From positions 15,190,001-15,254,000 of the forward strand of contig OX597841.1 of NCBI GenBank assembly GCA_951406725.2: 64,000 bases of DNA. The letters run 5' to 3'. The position numbers and the translations under genes are program-made. The notes beneath the pieces are model-generated. The model did no database searches. It saw only the letters and a list, made by a program, of their open reading frames with translations, and was not told the DNA's origin. This document shows positions 12,666-26,849 of the stretch, piece after piece; the stretch's first letter is position 1, and the number at the start of each line of letters is the position of its first letter. The stretch is from Octopus vulgaris (Eukaryota).

Positions 12666-12870
12666 TTTTGTTCACAGAATTTTCCGTCTTATACGGGTAA
12701 GAATATCCAATTTTCTGCTTGTCTGCATAATACGATACACATTCGACGCTTCTAAAAAAAAAACACAAATGTAAATTTGTTTATATACACATCTGGTTGT
12801 TATATACATACATACATACATACATATATGTTTGTATATATATATATATTATTTTTTATTTTTATTTTAT

Positions 12871-13206
12871 CTTTATTTTACTTGTTTCAGTCATGTGACT
12901 GTGGCCATGCTGGAGCACCGCTTTTTTTTTAGTCGATCAAATCGACCCCAGGACTTATTCTTTGTAAGCCTAGTACTTATTTTATCGGTCTCTTTTTTGC
13001 CGAACCGCTAAGTAACGGGGACATAAATATACCAAGCATCGGTTGTCAAGCAATGTTGGGGGGACAAACACAGACACACAAACACGCACATACACGCATA
13101 TATATATATACATATATATATAATATTAATTCGAAACAAAACCACTATTTTGCAAATCAAACAAGGAAAGACTTAATCAATACATAAAAAATTTAATATA
13201 AAGTAA

Positions 13207-13265
<59 letters not shown>

Positions 13266-13427
13266 CGACGGGCTTCTTTCAGTTTCCGTCTACCAAATCC
13301 ACTCACAAGGCTTTGGTCGGCCCGAGGCTATAGTAGAAGACACTTCCCCAAGATGCCATGCAGTGAGACTGAACCCGGAACCATGTTGTCGGTAAGCAAG
13401 CTACTTACCACACAGCCACTCCTGCAC

Positions 13428-13428
<1 letters not shown>
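12871..13428 (-). mobile_element. SINE family A with an insertion in the internal TA tract
   Basis: Full family A match. The inserted 13136-13207 segment recurs at 53742-53812. Confidence 0.9.
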
Positions 13429-13463
<35 letters not shown>

Positions 13464-13510
13464 CTGTATATATACACATACACACATTTGGATGTATATA
13501 TATATATATG

Positions 13511-13668
13511 AGCACAGGAGTGTAAGTAGCTTGCTAACCAACCACATGGTTCCGAGTTCAATCTCACTGCATGAAACCTTGGGGACAAGTGTTTTCTACT
13601 ATAGATTCGGGTGGACCAAAGCATTGTGAGTGAACTTCGGTAGACGGAAACTGAAAGAATCCCGTCCG

Positions 13669-13705
<37 letters not shown>

Positions 13706-13919
13706 AGCATTTGTATGTCTGTGTTCGTCTTCCCACCATCGCTTGACAAATGATGTTGGTGTATTTATGTCCCCGAAACTTAGAGGTTCGGTAAAAGAGA
13801 CCGACGGGATAAGTACTGGGCTAACAAGGAATACGTCCTGGGATGGATTTGTTCGGCTACAGGCACTGCTCCAGTAGGGTCGCAGTCAAATGACTGAAAC
13901 AAATAAAAAAAATAGAATA
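13511..13919 (+). mobile_element. SINE family A (diverged), head-to-head with the previous copy
   Basis: Sequence match to family A. Confidence 0.85.
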
Positions 13920-13942
13920 TATACATATATATATATATATGC

Positions 13943-13980
<38 letters not shown>

Positions 13981-14083
13981 GTATATATATGTGTGTACAT
14001 ATATGTGTGTGTGTGTGTGTATAAAAACCTGAGTATGAACTATAATACCAGAGAGTAAAAGAAAGCGAGAGAGAATGAACGAG

Positions 14084-14121
<38 letters not shown>

Positions 14122-14308
14122 AGTGAAAGATATAAAAAAACCATATAAGTTCGTTTCCCTTAATAATAATAATAATAATAATAATAATGATAATAATAAT
14201 GATAATAATACTAGCAAAAAAAACAGTAAATACATATATACACATATTTATATATATATGTATATATATATAATATAAAAATATATACATATATATATAT
14301 ATATATGA

Positions 14309-14339
<31 letters not shown>

Positions 14340-14374
14340 TATATATTACTTAGAGATTTAAAAGTGAATCCATG

Positions 14375-14423
<49 letters not shown>

Positions 14424-14437
14424 GAATGCTAATTACA

Positions 14438-14472
<35 letters not shown>

Positions 14473-14473
14473 T

Positions 14474-14504
<31 letters not shown>

Positions 14505-14614
14505 ACACACACACACACACACCAATCATAGACAACAAAAGACACAATTTCCTTAGCAGACATCGCTAATGTTTTGTAATTAGAAGATCAGCGTGTCTGT
14601 GTGTCGGTGTGTAG

Positions 14615-14681
<67 letters not shown>

Positions 14682-15210
14682 CGTACATACATACATATGT
14701 TTATACGTATATATATTTATATATACATATATATGCATATATACGCACACACATATATATATATACACATGCATCCATATATATTGCATGTATATATTAT
14801 GTAAATGGATGTATATATATATATGTATATATGCATGTGTGTGTATGTTTATATATATATATATATTTACGGAAAGGCGTGTGCGCATGTGTGTATATGG
14901 TAATGTGTTTACTATAAAGAATAAGCTAAACATACATGCACACATATATATATGTGTGTATACATACATTTATACATGTACACAAATATGGAAAAAAACC
15001 TGCATATATACATGCATACACACATACATACACACATACACATGCACACATACATACACACATACGTACATACATACATAAATACATATAGGTAAGTATA
15101 AAGACTGACACATACGTACATGTATAGAAGTACACATACATATACATACATATATATACGTACAGATTGTATTTTCGTACAAATATATACATATACATAA
15201 GAGCTTATAC

Positions 15211-15249
<39 letters not shown>

Positions 15250-15483
15250 TACACACATTCACGCACAACCATATATACATACATGAAAACGTAAATACAC
15301 ACGCATATATATATATATATACATGAGAATACATAGACACATATATACATACATGCAGACATAGGTACCCACACACAAGCATTGTTATACATATATATGT
15401 TCACACGTAGACATAATCACGCATACACATAACCGTACATCCATTTATACATATTTACACATACAGGTATTCATGCATATATA

Positions 15484-15537
<54 letters not shown>

Positions 15538-16168
15538 TACATGGTTACATGCATAAAGAGACACTCACATATACATACGCATAATCACACACACATTCAC
15601 GTACGTACATATATACATACAGATAGACATGCATGCATTCACGTACATACATACATATATATATATACACATAAATACATATATGCATACACACATACGT
15701 ACGTACATACATATAAACAAACATACATAGACACGCGTACATACATACATACGTATATTCATAAATATATATACATACATGCATACACACGCATACATAC
15801 ATTCAAACATATATACACACATACACATACATACATACACACATAGATACACAGACACACATACATACAAACATACATACACTCACATACATACACACAT
15901 ATATACACACACATACAAACATACATACACATACACACATACACACATACGTACACATACATACATACACATGCATACACACACATACCTTCATACGCAT
16001 ACATATACACACACATACAAACATACACTTAGATAAATATCACTTATTGATCGCAGTTTGAGGTTTCCACGCTGTTAACCAAATCCTTGGTTCTTTGTTT
16101 CACAATTGAGACAAAGACTCCATTGGTCTTTGGATTTGTGTGTGTATATGCGCGTGTGTGTTTGTGGG

Positions 16169-16240
<72 letters not shown>

Positions 16241-16608
16241 GTATCTATATTTGTATGTATGTATATGTATATATGCATGGATATATATATGTATATATAT
16301 TTATATATATGTATGTATATATATATATATGTATATATGTATGTCTAGTCATGTATATATGTGCGTATATATATATGCGTGTCTCTAAACGCATATTTGT
16401 GTTCGTGTTTAACTGTGCGCGTATTAATTTGTCTGTCCCTATATATATGCCAATAAAAATACGTATATAGATATACATATATGTGTATATACATATATAC
16501 ACATATCTGTCTATCTATATACGTATATGTATACACACACACACATTAGCACACATACACACATACACGCACGAAAAAAGACACAGATCTATCCGTATGT
16601 AATTATAT

Positions 16609-16641
<33 letters not shown>

Positions 16642-16850
16642 CATATATATATGTATGTATGTATATATATATGTGTATGTATATACGAGATGGAGGAACG
16701 CACCTGTATATGATGGAACTGATGAAGCGATGATGATAAGACACAAGAAAAAACTGGAATAACAGTCTTTGGAATCGGAGAGATCAGTGTCTGGAGTCCA
16801 AAGTCAAATAGTGTATATACATACATACATACATACATACATACATACAC

Positions 16851-16936
<86 letters not shown>

Positions 16937-16959
16937 CTGTCTGTATGTGTGTGTGTGTG

Positions 16960-17130
16960 TCTACTATATATGAGGGAAATTCTGTCTGCGGGTGTGTTTG
17001 TGGAGTTGTTAGCTAACTCCTATATCGTTTTATCGATTTTGAGGAAACTTGACACGTGAGTAAAACTCATGTCTGGAAACCTCATGGAATACTCAGGTGG
17101 TTGAAATAAATCGATTATAGGGCCCTAGAA
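16960..17130 (+). mobile_element. Helitron-like 5' fragment (putative)
   Basis: TCTACTATATA...TCTGTCTG...TAACTCC...ATCGATTTTGAGGAAACTTG resembles the other Helitron-like 5' ends in the window. Confidence 0.4.
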
Positions 17131-17713
17131 GAGATCCTTATATATATCTAATATATTTCATTTTAACAGCCAAGGGAAATAACCCATTCATTTAGAATGA
17201 TTCTATCTTCTGAAATGTACAACCGTTGAACGACCTACAAATACCGCTAGATTTTTAAGGCTCATAACATTAATGCTATGTCTTCCTGCCTAGACAATAT
17301 CGCTCCACGTATTAACACCCACCGCAACATACATCCCAGCAACCCAGCTAAAACAACCCAAATGAAATCATTTGTATACCGAGATGATTCTGTCTTTCCA
17401 AAGCGATGGGATATTGAGCCGGATTTAGTCAGCATGAGAGAGTTCACTCGGTCAACACCAACGATTTGAAGGGACGGTACAATCAACAACTGCACCTTTT
17501 AAAGCTTACCTGTTACACTTTTTAAAGTTTACAGTCATTAAACTGTGTCCATACTGGGGCACATGCTTCAAAAATTTTAGTCGAGCGAATCGATTATTGT
17601 AGATATTCTACCGGTCTCTTTTCCCGAAACGCTAAGTTACGGGGACTTAAACACGCTAAAACCAATGTGCAGAAGAAAAGTCACCAGGTTACATAATATG
17701 CTACAGTGTTATA

Positions 17714-17947
17714 TACTCTTCTACTCTTTTACTTGTTTCAGTCATTTGACTGCGGCCATGCTGGAGCACAGCCTTTTAGTCGAGCAAATCGACCCCGGGA
17801 TTTATTCTTTGTAAGCCCAGTACTTATTCTATCGGTCTCTTTTGCCGAACCGCTAAGTCACGGGGACGTAAACACACCAGCATCGGTTGTCAAGCAATGC
17901 TAGGGGGACAAACACAGATACACAAACACACACACACACACACACAC

Positions 17948-17989
<42 letters not shown>

Positions 17990-18152
17990 GACGGGCTTCT
18001 TTCAGTTTCCGCCTACCAAATCCAATCACAAGGCTTTGGTCGGCCCGGGGCTATAGCAGAAGACACTTGCCCAAGATGCCACGCAGTGGGACTGAACCCG
18101 GAACCATGTTGTTGGTTAGCAAACTATTTACCACACAGCCACTCCTGCGCCT
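17714..18152 (-). mobile_element. SINE family A, full length
   Basis: Close to the family consensus seen across the window. Confidence 0.92.
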
Positions 18153-18429
18153 ATATGTACATTTCGCTACTGTGTGTCTGGCAGGATGTTGGGACCTGCA
18201 ATGGCGAATCTGTCCGCTGGTTGACCCGCACCCTCAGCTACAGAAGGTGTACGAGAGGACATGCTGGATATCACATTGGTAGATAGGGGGCGCCACCGTG
18301 ACTACACTTGTACCTGAGTAGGCGTACCTTTGAGAAGCAAACACAACCGCACGTGCCACATAGAAGGGTCACTTTCCTGCTCTTCCCAGGAATAAGGTTC
18401 ACATCTTTTTCTTCTCGTTTTTCTTTTCC

Positions 18430-18752
18430 TTGTTTCAGTTAGTTTTAGTTAATTTTTTGGCTCAAAAAGCAAAAAGCAAGGTCATGTAGGGGAGACATGG
18501 AGTTATGTACAGGGTGGTGTTCATGTAAAGAGTTCAGGCCACTTGTGGTCAAGGGAGGCTTTGAACCGAGCAGTCGTCGGCATCTTCACCATCTCGTCCG
18601 GCAGCTTATTCCACGGATCCGCAACCCAGGCGGAGAAAGCCCCTCTCCTTCGATTGAGATGAAATCGTCGCAGATAGAGCTTTTCGGAATGACCCCGCAG
18701 GCGACGCTCTGCAGCAGGAGTGAAGAACAGCTCTTTCGAGAGGTTACACTTT
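18430..18752 (-). mobile_element. CR1-clade LINE 3' end (ORF2 C terminus and tail)
   Basis: ORF 18521-18766 contains RLRGHSEKLYLRRFHLNRRRGAFSAWVADPWNKLPDEMVKMPTTARFKASLD, the CR1 C-terminal signature (RGH..KL...FS..V...WN.LP..V......FK..LD). Confidence 0.85.
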
Positions 18753-18861
18753 CCGCTTACGGTCATGCTGGGGCAACGCCTTGGTGAGTTTCAGTCGAAC
18801 GAATCGACTCCAGTGCTAATGGTATTTTGAAGCCAGGTATTTATACTATTGGCCGATAGAG

Positions 18862-19171
18862 CTGTTGTTGTTTGTTCCTTCTCGAGCCATTCCTGGCTCA
18901 TAAGGGCCGGTTTCCCGGTTTCCTTGGCATATAGGTTCCCCACCTGGACGGGACACCGGTCCGTCGCAGGTGAGCTGCAAAGATGCAGGAGGAAAGAGTG
19001 AGAGAAAGTTGTAGCGAAAGAGTCAGCAGAAGTTCGCCATTACCTTCTGCCGGAGCCGCGTGGGCTTAGGTATTTCGCTCATAAACACACACATCGCCCG
19101 GTCTGGGATTCGAACCCTCGATCCTTCGACCGCGAGTCCGCTGCTCTAACCACTAGGCCATGTGCCTCCAC
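18862..19171 (-). mobile_element. SINE family B variant (tail 2-like)
   Basis: Head TGGAGGCACATGGCCTAGTGGTTAGAGCAGCGGACTCGCGG...GGTTCGAATCC, with tail GGAAACCGGGAAACCGGCCC..ATGAGCC and (AAC)n. Confidence 0.85.
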
Positions 19172-19623
19172 ACGCCTATAGAGTTAGTGGTTCGGAGGAG
19201 CAGTGGCGGTTATGGTGAGGCGGCACTAGTATTGCTTCCTGTGGGGGTGGTGTTTGCACTGCAAGGTATAGGCGCTAGTTTGTGGTGGTGTTTCTCGTAG
19301 AGGATGTAGAGGAGATTCGAGTAGGAGAATAATATGATATTAGAGTTTGTATTATACGTTTGGTAGCGGCTGCGATGGTTGTGTTGGTGGTGTTTGTGGT
19401 GGTGGTGGTGGTGGTAGTGGTGGTGGTGGTGGTTGGGGTGGTGGTGGTGGTGGTGGTGATGGTGATGGTGATGGAGGTTGTTGTGGAATGCGACAATGCG
19501 TTTATTAATTAAGAGCAAATTCAAACTTGTTTAATTAGATATCTGGATTAGAGTTGTCGAGCAGAAGAGGACACACAAGACGATCTAACGACAGACACAC
19601 ACACAAATTTATATATATGTATT

Positions 19624-19671
<48 letters not shown>

Positions 19672-19727
19672 ATATACATCATATTTGTGAATATGTATAT
19701 GTATATATAAGTATACACATACATACT

Positions 19728-19839
<112 letters not shown>

Positions 19840-19851
19840 TATATACATATA

Positions 19852-19958
<107 letters not shown>

Positions 19959-20175
19959 TACATACATATATATACATATATATACATATATATATGTATA
20001 TATACACGCTGGCGCGCACAAGATATAGGTGTATGTTTACAGCTTGGAATCTTGCAGCATAACATTCAATCAAATCCATAAATTGACAATAATTAAATCC
20101 ATATTGCCCTAATTATAGACTAGGTAATTAGGTTCAGCTGGAACAACACCAACAACTGCAACGACAACAAGAACG

Positions 20176-20211
<36 letters not shown>

Positions 20212-20379
20212 GCTGCTGCTGCTGTTGCTGCCACTGCTGCTACTATGACGGCGATGAGGTCGACAAGTAGGACAAAAACTGTTGGGGCAGCTGTTAGTAG
20301 TAGTAGTTGTTGTAATGGTGGTGGTGGTGGTAGTAGTAGTAGTAGTAGTGGTAGTAGTTGCTGGTGCTGCTTCTACACG

Positions 20380-21636
<1,257 letters not shown>

Positions 21637-21809
21637 AATGCCCTGATGCAGTCCCAGGCAGTGGCTCTCATGGCTTCTGATCTTAACTGATTGGAAGTGT
21701 TATCATGTACATTGTTTTGTCTTGGTATAAAAGATGGCCTACAGCAAACGTTCAGAGCTGTCAATGCTGTATTTATACCTCTACCATAAGCGAGAAATTT
21801 TTTTTCCAC

Positions 21810-22437
21810 TGTAAACTGCATGGAATGGTTGAATAACAGCCTAGCGTAAGAACTCGCTCATTGCTAGCAGAACTTGGCCCTTCACAAAGCATAATCGATC
21901 GACAGCGCCATAATCTCGGCCTTGTCAACAGACGCTGGCGAAAAGCGCCCCCAGAAACGATCAAGGACAAGGCTCAACGGAGTGCAAACAACTGCTGGCA
22001 AATCCTAGAATTACTCTTACTCTTTTACTTGTTTCAGTCATTTGACTGCGGCCATGCTGGAGCACCGCCTTTGGTCGAGCAACTCGACCCCAGGACTTAT
22101 TCTTTGTAAGCCCAGTACTTATTCTATCGGTCTCTTTTGCCGAACCGCTAAGTGACGGGGACATAAACACACCAGCATCGGTTGTCAAACAATGCTAGGA
22201 GGACAAACACAGACACACAAACACGCATATATAAATATACATATATACGACGGGCTTCTTTCAGTTTCCGTCAACCAAATCCATTCACAAGGCTTTGGTC
22301 GGCCTGAGGCTATAGTAGAAGACACTTGCCCAAGGTGCCACGAAGTGAGACCGAACCCGGAACCATGTGGTTGGTAAGCAAGCTACTTACCACACAGCCA
22401 CTGTCCAATTGTCGCTGGAGATGAAAAGTGGATCTAC
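21810..22437 (+). mobile_element. Decayed mariner transposase split by a SINE A insertion
   Basis: VE*QPSVRTRSLLAELGPSQSIIDRQRHNLGLVNRR...AQRSANNCWQILE precedes the SINE and IVAGDEKWIY (22408-22437) follows it. Confidence 0.7.
22012..22402 (-). mobile_element. SINE family A
   Basis: Full match to family A. Confidence 0.9.
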
Positions 22438-22482
22438 ATTATTTACAATGGACGGAGTGGCGTCCTCGCCTTGTTTGTTGGT

Positions 22483-22528
22483 ATCACAACGTTTCGGTTG
22501 ATGTATTCTCCAGCCTTCATCAGGTGTT
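22483..22528 (-). ncRNA. Minimal type I hammerhead ribozyme
   Basis: Reverse complement reads AACAC-CTGATGA-A-GGCTG(GAGAATACAT)CAACC-GAAA-CG-TT-GTGAT, with one stem II mismatch. Confidence 0.65.
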
Positions 22529-22642
22529 CTGCTGGAATTTCGAACCCAACCCTCTATTTGACTAACGGGGTACACTGTTCTCATTCTTTAGGTATGTTGC
22601 TGATATTATTTTTCTGTTGGTGGCATTTATCAAGTCCCTGCC

Positions 22643-22895
22643 TAATCATCATCATTGTTCGACCGTGGTCGAGACAATGGAATTTACCATGCTACGCCAG
22701 ACTTCACGGTCCATTATGGCATTACGGAGGTCCTGTTGCAGGATGCCTGTATCCCTGGAGATTACATCAGGGTAGGAGAGTGTGCGCCCTCTGGTATTGC
22801 GAGTAGATGGCTTCCAGAGGAGAAGAGTAGAGATTACCTCTTTTTCAGCTCTACAACAATGTCCAGCAAACTGGACTCTCCTACCTTTCACAAGG
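22643..22895 (-). mobile_element. RTE-like LINE 3' fragment
   Basis: GRRVQFAGHCCRAEKEVISTLLLWKPSTRNTRGRTLSYPDVISRDTG...AIMDREVWRSMV followed by a (TGA)n tail. Confidence 0.8.
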
Positions 22896-23124
22896 TAAGA
22901 ACAAACAAGATGAGGACAAATATCCGTCAAGATTGAACTTAGAAACCTAGGGTTACTACGCTATATGCCCGTGGAATACTAACCCTCGGAATCTAAGTTC
23001 CCTCCCAGGCAGGGTCTTGAAAAATGATATCAACATAAAAATAATATCAGTAAAAGAAAACCTTAGGAATGAGAACGGAGTACCCCGTTAGTCAAATAAA
23101 GGGTTGGATTTGAAATTCCACCGG

Positions 23125-23170
23125 AACATCTGATGACGGCTGGAGAATACACCAGCCGAATCGTTTTGGT
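23125..23170 (+). ncRNA. Degenerate hammerhead (GAAA changed to GAAT), partner of the 22483 copy
   Basis: AACAT-CTGATGA-C-GGCTG(GAGAATACAC)CAGCC-GAAT-CG-TT. Confidence 0.5.
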
Positions 23171-23334
23171 AAGAACAAACAAGATGAGAATAAATATCCG
23201 TCAAATGTAAATAATGTACTGAATTCCTCATTCCAAACATTTTGAATTACATGGAAAAATGCGAGCAAGAGAAATAATATTCTTAAGATTATAAACCTGG
23301 AAAATTACGAGTTTAGTACACTTGAAACAGTTCA

Positions 23335-24203
23335 GGGATTTTTTCGGTTTGAACAGCAGTTTTTTCCAGCGGTGTCATATGAAATTGTCACCCATAATTA
23401 TGACCCTAGTATCGATCTATTGCATTTCAATCTGTTTTAGGGTTAGGGTTAGGATTAGGGGTGGGGGAAGGGTATCTTTTTTTTCTTTAGAAATAGGCGT
23501 AGGAGTGGCTGTGTGGTAAGTAGCTTGCTTACCAACCACATGGTTCCGGGTTCAGTCCCACTGCGTGGCACCTTGGGCAAGTGTCTTCTACTATAGCCTC
23601 GGGCCGACCAAAGCCTTGTGAGTGGATTTGGTAGACGGAAACTGAAAGAAGCCTGTCGTATATGTGTATATATGTGTGTATGTTTGTGTGTTGTGTTTGT
23701 CATCCCCCCAGCATCGCTTGTGTGTTGTGTTTGTCCCCCTAGCATTGCTTGACAACCGATGCTGGTGTGTTTACGTCCCCGTGACTTAGCGGTTCGGCAA
23801 AAGAGACCGATAGAATAAGTACTAGGCTTACAAAGAATAAGTCCTGGGGTCGATTTGCTCGACTAAAGGCGGTGCTCCAGCATGGCCGCAGTCAAATGAC
23901 TGAAGCAAGTAAAAGAGTAAACGAGTAAATGAGAAATGTAAATAAACCCAATCTGTTTCTTAAACGAGGGACATATTCATACGGCACAGAATGTTTTCAC
24001 CTCAATAGACGTCATTGATTGGTTGAAATTGCAGAAATTGGAGAAAAAACAACAACAAATATCTTACAAACTATAGAATTTACTCAATAAAGCCAAGAGA
24101 AGAAGATGTTTTATAAACACATTCTACCAGAATACGAAGTTTAAAAGTGTTTAGTTACGTGGAAATTATTTTAAAAAACTGCTGCTCAAACCGAAAAGTT
24201 CCC
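23335..24203. mobile_element. Non-autonomous TIR DNA transposon with internal (TTAGGG)n, interrupted by SINE A
   Basis: TIRs GGGATTTTTTCGGTTTGAACAGCAGTTTTTT and AAAAAACTGCTGCTCAAACCGAAAAGTTCCC. TTAGGG repeats at 23437-23460. Confidence 0.8.
23496..23929 (+). mobile_element. SINE family A, full length, with a small internal duplication
   Basis: Full match, flanked by AGAAAT on both sides (possible TSD). Confidence 0.92.
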
Positions 24204-24848
24204 ATATTTATTTCTCTATTGTCAACAGGGGGTTAAACATAGAGGGGACAAACAAAAACAAAGAGATTAAGTCGATTACATCGGCTCACGTGTGTGAGTG
24301 TGCGTATCTGACTGTGTGTGTGTGTTTGTGTGTGTGTCTGAATGTGTGTGTGTATGTAAGTGTGTGTGAGTGTGTATGTGTGTCTATATAAGTGTGTGCG
24401 TGAGTGTGTGAGTGTGTGTGTGTCTGAATGTGCGAGTGTGCTTGTGTGAATGTCTGAATGTGTGTTTGTAAGTATGTGTGTGTGTGTATACTTGTGTATG
24501 GCTGAATGTGTGTATGTAAGTATGTGTGTGTGTGTGTGTACTTGTGTATGGCTGAATGTGTGTATGTAAGTATGTGTGTGTGTGTGTGTACTTGTGTATG
24601 GCTGAATGTGTGTAAGTAAGTGTGTGTGTACGTACTTGTGTATGGCTGAATGTGTGTATGTAAGTGTGTGTGTGTGTGTCTATATAATAGTGTATGTGTG
24701 TGTAAGTCTGTGTGTGTGTGTGTGAACGTGTGTATGTTTGTGTGTGTCTGAATGCGTGTATGTAAGTGTGTGTGAGTGTGCCTATATAAGTGTGTGCCTG
24801 AATCTGTGTGTGTGTGTGAGTGTATGTTTGTCTGAGTCTGAATGTGTA

Positions 24849-24886
<38 letters not shown>

Positions 24887-25039
24887 GGTCTCTTTGTGTG
24901 TGCCCCTATCCTTCCCGTCTGCAGTGCCTTTCAACTCCACACGCAACCCCTTAAACTCACTTCAATTGAGACAAAGACCCTTTATTGATCCACATCGCAG
25001 ATAATATATATATATTCATGTATTAATTCCATTCATTCG

Positions 25040-25185
25040 AAATCAACCAATCAAAGCACAGGAAACAGTGGTAGGGTGCGTGCGCGCGCGTGTGTGCGCG
25101 TGTGTGACGTTTACTGAATGTTCTATAAATAGATCATACGTAATGTTCTATAAATAGCGATGACGTCATAGTTGGCAACTTATTA
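25040..25185. promoter_or_regulatory. Candidate enhancer or promoter with CCAAT, two MEF2 sites, CRE and an RFX-like site
   Basis: AACCAATCA at 25045-25053, TGACGT at 25105-25110, CTATAAATAG at 25123-25132 and 25148-25157, ATGACGTCAT at 25160-25169 and GTTGGCAAC at 25171-25179, all in a CpG-rich unique island. Confidence 0.55.
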
Positions 25186-25415
25186 AATGTAATTATCGAT
25201 CCGATCGTTTAGCCATTGATAGCTTCGTCGGACGCGCACACTCACCTGATCGTTTATGCACACACACACACGCGCGCGCGCACGCACACACACACACACA
25301 CACACACACGCATACATGTATGCATACGTATACAAATGCATGCATAGCTTGCACATACACACACACACAAAGTCACATATACACACGCATGTGATACTGC
25401 AAAGATAAATACATG

Positions 25416-25456
<41 letters not shown>

Positions 25457-25460
25457 ATAT

Positions 25461-25967
25461 AATAAATGCGCCCTTTTTAAAGCCTAGCCAGGCTCATGGG
25501 CCCGGTTTCCCGGTTTTCAATGGCGTATGTGTTCCCCACCAGCTGGACGGGACACCAGTCCATTGCAGCCGTTACTCAAGAAACAAGAAGAAAGAGTGAG
25601 AGAAAGTTGGGGTGAAAGAGTACAAGAGGGGTCGCTACCACCCCCCCGCCGGAGCCTCGTGGAGCTTTAGGTGTTTTCGCTCAATAAACACTCACAACGA
25701 CCAGTCTGGGAGTCGAAACCGCGATCCTCCGACCGACAGTCAGTTGCCCTAACCACTGGGCCATTGCGTCTCCACAATAAATGCCCCCTTTTAAAGCCTA
25801 GCCAGGCTCTTGGGCGCGGTTTCCCGGTTTTCAATGGCGTATGTGTTCCCCAGCTGGACGGGAACCCCAGTCCATCGCAGCGTTACTCATTTTTGCAAGC
25901 TGAGTGGACTGGAGCGACGTGAAATGAAGTGTCTTGCTCAAGAACACAACGCGTCGCCCGGTCCAGG
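25461..25967 (-). mobile_element. Two adjacent SINE B copies (body X with tail 2, and truncated body Y with tail 2)
   Basis: The tail TTTTAAAGCCTAGCCAGGCTC..GGG.CGGTTTCCCGG occurs at about 25475 and 25789. The head ends at about 25775. Confidence 0.85.
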
Positions 25968-26317
25968 TAGCAGACCAAACACACTTACCCACATACAAAA
26001 ATATCAGGTTGAGGAAAAAGTTCGTACGCCATTTTAAAATAATGCTTTTTTAAAAAATATATTTTTGTGGTGTGGTGGTGTTCATTCAGTTCATGTCATG
26101 TTCAATGGTGACCCACTGTGTTCGTCGAAAACATGCTTCGTTCCAACAAGACAATGGAAGTCCGCATACTTGCCAGAAAGACCAGCAATGAGATTGAAGA
26201 ATTGGAAGGTGTGGAAGTTCCGCCGCATCCAGCTTGTATTCCAGACGTTGCGCCATCTGACTACGATCTCTTCCGATCAATACAGCACTTTATGAAAGGT
26301 CACCGATTTGGGCCATT

Positions 26318-26483
26318 AGGAGTGGCTGTGTGGTAAGTAGTTTGCTTACGAACCACATGGTTCTGGGTTCAGTCCCACTGCGTGGCACCTTGGGCAAGTG
26401 TCTTCTACTATAGTCTCGGGCCGACCAAAGCCTTGTGAGTGGATTTGGTAGACGGAAACTGAAAGAGGCCCGTCGTATATAAG

Positions 26484-26518
<35 letters not shown>

Positions 26519-26733
26519 TTATGTGTCTGTGTTTGTCCCCCAACATCGCTTGACAACCGATGCTGGTGTGTTTACGTCCCCGTGATTTAGCGGTTCGGCG
26601 AAAGAGACCGATAGAATAAGTACTAGGCTTACAAAAAAGAATAAGTCCCGGGGTCGAGTTGCTCGATTAAACGCGGTGCTTCAGCATGGCCGCAGTCAAA
26701 TGACTGAAACAAGTAAAAGAGTAAACAGAGTAA
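26318..26733 (+). mobile_element. SINE family A nested in the mariner
   Basis: Full match to family A. Confidence 0.92.
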
Positions 26734-26849
26734 ACTTGTCAAGAATTGTTCGATTCAAAGCTGAAGGATTGGTTCTTTGACCAAATCCGAAAGTCTGCAG
26801 ATTATTGGCAGAAGGTCGTGGAAAGTGATGGTCTTTATTTTGAAGAATA

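Larger units (their letters stand above)
22433..23219. mobile_element. Inverted pair of HHR-bearing PLE-like terminal repeats (about 190 bp arms)
   Basis: 22433-22620 is the reverse complement of about 23030-23219. Each arm carries CTGATGA-n-GGCTG-loop-CARCC-GAAW-CG-TT, and a partial direct copy lies at 22897-22930. Confidence 0.75.

Noticed and set aside
16700-16760. CTGATGA...GAAA on the plus strand
   Set aside because: No stem II or helix I pairing.
18155-18420. Minus-strand CGTCGCVCFSK...H peptide as an RTE zinc-finger end
   Set aside because: Resemblance to the RTE C terminus at 53340-53400 is only suggestive and too short to call.
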